Shown here piece by piece: positions 16,078 to 20,594 of a DNA stretch of 20,594 nucleotides (the first letter of the stretch is position 1; every line of letters starts with the position of its first letter). This stretch comes from Bdellovibrionia bacterium. GTDB taxonomy: Bacteria > Bdellovibrionota > UBA1018. The stretch is taken from assembly GCA_045805065.1 (NCBI GenBank), contig JBJMMA010000227.1:1-20594 (forward strand), given 5' to 3'. Under the pieces are notes generated by a model. The model was not told the origin of the DNA. It was given only the letters and a program-made list of their open reading frames with translations, and made no database searches. The position numbers were made by a program, and so were the translations under genes.

Positions 16078-17100
16078 TTAATCGGCAGCAACAATGGAAT
16101 TTTCCAGGCGTCCAAGCTCATCGACTTCCATGACGACTTTGTCGCCTGGTTGGAGCCATTGATTGTCCGTAATCTTTGAGCCATTGAGCTCAAGAAAGCA
16201 TCCGGTTCCAACTGTGCCTGATCCAATGACTTCGCCGGGATGAAGAGTGACGCCATAGCTTGCGCGCTCAATGATCTGAGCAAAGGTCCAGCTCATGTCT
16301 TGTAGATTTCCGTCAGACACTTGCTTACCGTTGACGAAAGCCTTCATGCGAAGATTGTGTCGCTCACCCCCGGCGCTACGGCTTGCATAAGCCGCAAGCT
16401 CATCACGAGTCACAAGATAAGGCCCCAAAGAGGTCGCAAAATCCTTGCCCTTGGCAGGCCCAAGATTGAGCTTCATTTCTTCCATTTGAAGAGTGCGTGC
16501 TGACCAGTCATTCATGACCATGTAGCCAAAAATATAGTCATCAGCTTCGGCAGCCGGGATGTTGCGGCCTTGCTTTCCAATGACGACAGCGACTTCCAGT
16601 TCGAAATCAAGCTTGTCGCGTGCCATTTTTTGGACAGCGATTGGACCCGGACCCGTCACAGCCAGGTGATTGGTGAAATAGAAAATAGGGAAGTGGTCAA
16701 ACTCCGGAATCATCGGCACGCCACGGTTTCTGCGTGCGGCTTCGACGTGCTGTCTGAAAGCGTAACCATCGCGCATCGAGGTTGGACGCGGAATAGGCGA
16801 GAGGAGTGTGACCGCTACTTCAGGCGAATAAAGAGAGTGCGGAAGCTTGCCTGCTTCAAAAGCGGCAAGGATTTGCTTCATGCCCGGCTGAAAATCGTTC
16901 CAGTGTTCGATGATGGAGAGCATATCGCCTGCGTGATGCGAATGCTTCAGTGGTGTCGTGTTGGGCTGGGTATTCAGCCATTCAACCGCAGCGGCAACAT
17001 CAATGATTTTCGCGCTCATCGGATCTTTGCCGCCGGTCCTCAGACCGACGCGAGAGTTGGAGCGCGGATCGTTCTTGGATTGGTAGGTCACGAATTTCAC
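16078..17100 (-). CDS. Fumarylacetoacetate hydrolase family protein
   Basis: 'RDGYAFRQHV', 'LDFELEVAVVIG', 'NDWSAR.LQ..E', 'KGKDF', 'GEVIGSGT'. GTG start with AGGAG SD; co-oriented with maiA. Confidence 0.92.
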   Translation of the reverse strand: MKFVTYQSKNDPRSNSRVGLRTGGKDPMSAKIIDVAAAVEWLNTQPNTTPLKHSHHAGDMLSIIEHWNDFQPGMKQILAAFEAGKLPHSLYSPEVAVTLLSPIPRPTSMRDGYAFRQHVEAARRNRGVPMIPEFDHFPIFYFTNHLAVTGPGPIAVQKMARDKLDFELEVAVVIGKQGRNIPAAEADDYIFGYMVMNDWSARTLQMEEMKLNLGPAKGKDFATSLGPYLVTRDELAAYASRSAGGERHNLRMKAFVNGKQVSDGNLQDMSWTFAQIIERASYGVTLHPGEVIGSGTVGTGCFLELNGSKITDNQWLQPGDKVVMEVDELGRLENSIVAAD

Positions 17101-17126
17101 GGCAGGGTCTCCTATATAAAGAGCTT

Positions 17127-17167
17127 AAAGACAAACGCGGAGCCTGTTCTTAAGAACAGACTCCGCG
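17127..17167 (-). terminator. Intrinsic terminator after the HU gene
   Basis: Minus strand CGCGGAGTCTGTTC-TTAA-GAACAGGCTCCGCG forms a 14-bp stem including one U-G pair, followed by TTTGTCTTT. It begins 23 nt after the HU stop. Confidence 0.85.
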
Positions 17168-17190
17168 CTATAAAACTGGAAGGCTAAAAA

Positions 17191-17544
17191 TTACCAGTTG
17201 CGCTTGTTAGCGAAGGTGTCCTTCAAGGAGCGAGGGAAGGACCAACGTGGCTTCTTGGAAGCTGGACGTGCCTTGATTTCCATTGCCTCACCGGTGAAAG
17301 GATTGACACCCTTGCCAGCCTTGCGTGCCTTGACTTCCTTGCGGACGAGGGCGCCGATGACTGGGAAACGAACGCGTTCGCCGCTTGCAGCAGCCTTTGC
17401 GCCGTTGATGAAAGCGTTTTCAATAGCGGCCTTAACATCAGCGCGCTTCAAGCGGACTTCACCCTTGCGAGTGACTTCAGCAGAACCGAGGACGGTTTCA
17501 TAGACTTCGTTGATGAAAGAATATTTAGCTTTTTTCTTAGCCAT
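17191..17544 (-). CDS. hup: HU/IHF family DNA-binding protein
   Basis: 'GERVRFP.IG', arm motif 'ARKAGKGVNPFTGEAMEIKARPASKKP', 'SLKD'. Very basic, with an AGGAG SD and its own terminator. Confidence 0.88.
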   Translation of the reverse strand: MAKKKAKYSFINEVYETVLGSAEVTRKGEVRLKRADVKAAIENAFINGAKAAASGERVRFPVIGALVRKEVKARKAGKGVNPFTGEAMEIKARPASKKPRWSFPRSLKDTFANKRNW

Positions 17545-17599
17545 GTTTTTTTAGTCTCCTGAGAAATGTTGTAGGAGGCTTTTTCTCGTGCTGCAACTT

Positions 17600-17830
17600 G
17601 TTTTTTCGCTTTTTAGCAAAAATTTGATTTTCTTTTTATTTCGAGAAGGCTTGTTTTTACGGGAAAAACGCTAGAAATCAGTCTGGCAAAGGGTTTTCGG
17701 GTTCTTGCTGTGTTATAAAAGTGCCGAAAAAGCGGGCAAAATTGGCACATTTTAGAAAAATTGAAAAAGCGGCCAAAAACAAGGCAAATTTCAAGAAAAA
17801 GCTGCAACCCATTTTTTAAACTTCGCAAAA
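17600..17830. promoter_or_regulatory. AT-rich upstream region of the HU gene with helically phased A-tracts and an IHF-consensus site
   Basis: A/T tracts start at 17717, 17727, 17738, 17749 and at 17764, 17775, 17786, 17796. Minus strand AATCAAATTTTTG (17629-17617) matches WATCAANNNNTTR. Confidence 0.55.
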
Positions 17831-17845
17831 TGCAAAGTAGTGCAC

Positions 17846-18619
17846 TTAATCCACAGTCGCGTGAATGGGGCGAAGCTGAAGTCCCAGGCCGTGTACGACT
17901 TTTCGGATGATCTCCAGGGCTTCTTTGGGTTCATCAGTAATGTGGATAAAGTCGAGGTCCTCGCGCGAAACAGTTCCTTCTGCAACGAGCGTGTTCTCCA
18001 CCCAATCGTAAAAGCCCTTCCAGTAGTCGCGCCCCACTAAGATAACCGGAAAGTCGTAGAGCTTTCCTGTTTGGATCAGCGTGATGGCTTCAGACATTTC
18101 ATCGAGCGTACCCATGCCCCCCGGCATGATGACAAACGCGTAGGAGTATTTGACGAGCATGACCTTGCGAACAAAGAAGTAGTAAAACGTAATGACCCGA
18201 TCGAGATAAGGGTTGGGATCCTGCTCATGAGGAAGAACAATGTTGCATCCAACGGTTTGTCCTCCTGCGTCCTTGGCGCCACGACTTGCGGCTTCCATGA
18301 TTCCGGGCCCACCACCGGTCATGACGGTATAGCCATCGCGCGCCAGGAGCGCGCCCATTTCGCGCGCTTTCTGATATTCAGGATGTCCATCTTTGAAGCG
18401 TGCTGAGCCGAAAACCGTGACCGCAGGTCCAATTCCATGAAGGCGCCAGAATCCCCAGAAAAACTCCATCCCGATTTTAATGAGCCGCTCGATCTCGCGG
18501 AGGTAACCATGACGCCCGGCCAGAAAATGCGCTTCGGTTTTTGCGTTTGCTAAGTCTCTCAGGCTTCTCCGGTAATTTTTGGGGTAATTTTTGGGGTAAT
18601 TTTTAGGCTGGCCGTTCAT
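17846..18619 (-). CDS. LOG family protein (TIGR00730 Rossmann-fold nucleotide phosphoribohydrolase)
   Basis: 'VTVFGSAR', 'TGGGPGIMEA', 'YFFVRKVMLVKYS', 'PGGMGTLDE'. ATG 18619 preferred because GGGAG lies just upstream. Confidence 0.92.
   Translation of the reverse strand: MNGQPKNYPKNYPKNYRRSLRDLANAKTEAHFLAGRHGYLREIERLIKIGMEFFWGFWRLHGIGPAVTVFGSARFKDGHPEYQKAREMGALLARDGYTVMTGGGPGIMEAASRGAKDAGGQTVGCNIVLPHEQDPNPYLDRVITFYYFFVRKVMLVKYSYAFVIMPGGMGTLDEMSEAITLIQTGKLYDFPVILVGRDYWKGFYDWVENTLVAEGTVSREDLDFIHITDEPKEALEIIRKVVHGLGLQLRPIHATVD
18572..18607. repeat. Three in-frame 12-bp tandem repeats encoding (PKNY)3
   Basis: GTAATTTTTGGG, GTAATTTTTGGG, GTAATTTTTAGG. Confidence 0.9.
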
Positions 18620-18750
18620 GTCATCTCCCACAAGCTTTCGAGTCTTAAGGTTTTTAGCAAAAAAATCAAAGGTTTTAGGTAATTGGGGTAACTTGACGCA
18701 ACATATAAAGCTCGTTGTGGGCTTTGAGACGAAGTGTTAAAAGATGCGCC

Positions 18751-20594
18751 ATGCGGGTTTTGCTCCTCACACCTCCGATGACTCAGCTCAATACGCCTTA
18801 TCCAGCGACCGCGTATTTGACGGGCTTTCTTCGCTCACAGAGCGTGGATGCGCTCCAGTCAGATCCCGCCATTGAGCTTGTCCTCAGACTTCTTTCGAAA
18901 AAAGGTCTCGTTGCGATTGCAGAGATCCTGAGTCAGCGGCTGCAGCAAACGAATGACAAGAACTGTCCGGAGCCGATTTCCTTTTTTCTTCGCGAAAAGG
19001 CTCGCTACCTCTTCTGTATTGACCCGGTCATTCGCTTTCTTCAGGGGAAGGATCCGAGTCTTGCGCTTCGAATTGCGAGTCGTGAGTTTCTGCCTGAGGG
19101 GCCGAGGTTCCGCGCTCTGACGCAGTTTTCAAGCGAGTCCGGTGAGCCGGTTCAAAGCCCGCTGGAATGGGCGTTCGGATCGCTGGGCGTGCAGGATCAG
19201 GCCAAGTATCTGGCAAGTCTGATGGTCGATGATCTCGCGGATGTGATCCGTTTGGGAATTGACCCGAGATTTGAGCTTTCCAGGTATGGAGAAAAGCTTG
19301 CGGCAAGCGCGCCGACTTTTGATCCGCTTTTGGAAGCGCTCCAGGCTGAACCCACTTATGTCGATCAAACGTTGGATGAGATCACACGCGAGCTCATGGA
19401 GCGCGAGCGGCCCGATATTGTCGGGTTGACCGCGCCCTTTCCAGGAAATGTTTACGGAGCGTTTCGGATCGCTCAGACCATTCGGAAAATTTCGCCTAAA
19501 ACAACCGTGATCCTGGGCGGAGGTTATCCCAACACCGAGCTGAGAGAACTCTCCGATCCGCGCGTTTTTGACTTCATCGATTACATCACTCTCGATGATG
19601 GTGAGCGGCCGTTTCTCTGCCTGCTTGAGTATCTTCAAGAAAAGCGATCACCAGGAAAGCCATCAAAAGGCGAGCTCTTGAGAACCTTTGTGCGGGAAAA
19701 CGGCAAGGTCGTGCTCAAGAGCACTTCGAAAGCCCATGATATCCCGCATCGCGACACGGGAACTCCGACCTACGATGGCCTGAAGCTGGATCAGTATCTC
19801 TCGATTTTTGAAATGCTGAACCCGATGCACCGGATCTGGTCGGATGGCCGTTGGAACAAGCTCACGCTTGCTCACGGCTGCTACTGGAAAAAGTGCAATT
19901 TCTGCGATGTGAATCTGGATTACATCGGACGCTATGACGCTGCCTCTGCGGATCTCTTAGTGGATCGAATCGAGCAAATTGTTCGCGAAACCGGGCAGAC
20001 AGGTTTTCATTTCGTGGATGAAGCCGCGCCTCCTGCCGTGCTTCGCGGCCTGGCCACGCGTCTCATTGAGAGAGGCGTGACAATCACCTGGTGGGGAAAT
20101 GTTCGTTTTGAGAAAACTTTCACGCCCGAGCTTGCCGCGCTTCTTGCGCGCTCAGGTTGTGTCGCCGTAAGCGGTGGGCTTGAGGTTGCTTCAGATCGCC
20201 TGCTGAAGCTCATGAATAAAGGCGTAACAGTGGAGCAGGTGGCTCGCGTGACTCGCGCATTCACTGAGGCTGGCATCATGGTGCATGCGTACTTGATGTA
20301 CGGTTTTCCGACCCAGACTGAGCAAGAGACGCTCGATGCGCTCGAGCGCGTCCGTCAGCTCTTTGAAGCAGGATGCATTCAATCGGCCTACTGGCATCGC
20401 TTTTCGGCTACGGCGCACAGTCCGATCGGAAGACAGCCTGAAAAATTTGGCATTCGACTTCTGCCGATGCCTCAAGTCAGTTTCGCAAGGAATGATCTTC
20501 AATTTGAGGATCCAACCGATTGCGATCATGAGGCGATGGGAATCGGGCTTCGCAAGGCTCTCTACAATTACATGCACGGCGTTGGTCTTGATAT
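18751..20594 (+). CDS. B12-binding domain radical SAM protein; 3' end outside the window
   Basis: Manually translated: MRVLLLTPPMTQLNTPYPATAYLTGFL...ILGGGYPNTELR...LAHGCYWKKCNFCD (CxxxCxxC at 19879-19905)...FHFVDEAAPP...SGGLEVAS...HAYLMYGFP...LYNYMHG. Open to the window end and absent from the ORF track. Confidence 0.92.
   Translation, partial: MRVLLLTPPMTQLNTPYPATAYLTGFLRSQSVDALQSDPAIELVLRLLSKKGLVAIAEILSQRLQQTNDKNCPEPISFFLREKARYLFCIDPVIRFLQGKDPSLALRIASREFLPEGPRFRALTQFSSESGEPVQSPLEWAFGSLGVQDQAKYLASLMVDDLADVIRLGIDPRFELSRYGEKLAASAPTFDPLLEALQAEPTYVDQTLDEITRELMERERPDIVGLTAPFPGNVYGAFRIAQTIRKISPKTTVILGGGYPNTELRELSDPRVFDFIDYITLDDGERPFLCLLEYLQEKRSPGKPSKGELLRTFVRENGKVVLKSTSKAHDIPHRDTGTPTYDGLKLDQYLSIFEMLNPMHRIWSDGRWNKLTLAHGCYWKKCNFCDVNLDYIGRYDAASADLLVDRIEQIVRETGQTGFHFVDEAAPPAVLRGLATRLIERGVTITWWGNVRFEKTFTPELAALLARSGCVAVSGGLEVASDRLLKLMNKGVTVEQVARVTRAFTEAGIMVHAYLMYGFPTQTEQETLDALERVRQLFEAGCIQSAYWHRFSATAHSPIGRQPEKFGIRLLPMPQVSFARNDLQFEDPTDCDHEAMGIGLRKALYNYMHGVGLD

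Noticed and set aside
15405..17100. fah-maiA pair without hmgA/hppD as a novel pathway
   Set aside because: Homogentisate pathway genes are often split across the genome, so absence from this window is uninformative.
17613..17828. 71-aa minus-strand ORF in the HU upstream region
   Set aside because: Low-complexity Phe/Lys-rich translation of A-tracts with no clear SD or motif.
17600..17949. Possible oriC: AT-rich region with DnaA boxes TGTGGATAA (17941-17949) and TAATCCACA (17847-17855)
   Set aside because: Only two boxes, both inside the LOG coding sequence, with no box cluster and no dnaA/dnaN/gidA context. A GC-skew analysis would be needed to revive the idea.
18572..18607. CRISPR or iteron interpretation of the 12-bp repeats
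   Set aside because: No spacers, units too short, in frame within a CDS, and no cas or rep gene nearby.
19028..20577. Minus-strand track ORFs between 19028 and 20577
   Set aside because: Antisense shadows of the plus-strand radical SAM gene, which the track missed because it has no stop in the window.

Overview
Gene-dense bacterial chromosomal window with 19 supportable CDSs and no mobile elements, CRISPR arrays or RNA genes. Gene content suggests a Gram-negative, possibly Bdellovibrionota/Oligoflexia-like organism (inference only). The left 12.5 kb is a cell-envelope block. It holds a UppP/BacA homolog lacking its catalytic residues, a DUF2288-like gene, a 948-aa lipoprotein with 14 beta-propeller-type repeats and a secreted FecR-domain protein, transcribed divergently from a TPR plus outer-membrane barrel protein. 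A four-gene operon behind a sigma-54-type promoter follows. The block ends with three adjacent GT-C glycosyltransferases resembling PIG-V (the last gene of that operon), PIG-B and GT87/PIG-M, the families that build the eukaryotic GPI trimannosyl core. The right part is housekeeping: CPD photolyase, TIGR01777 oxidoreductase, rhodanese, maiA plus a fumarylacetoacetate hydrolase, an HU-family protein, a LOG-family protein and a B12-binding radical SAM enzyme. The uppP-like and radical SAM genes run off the window edges and are missing from the ORF track. Family assignments come from motifs recalled from memory; no searches were run.
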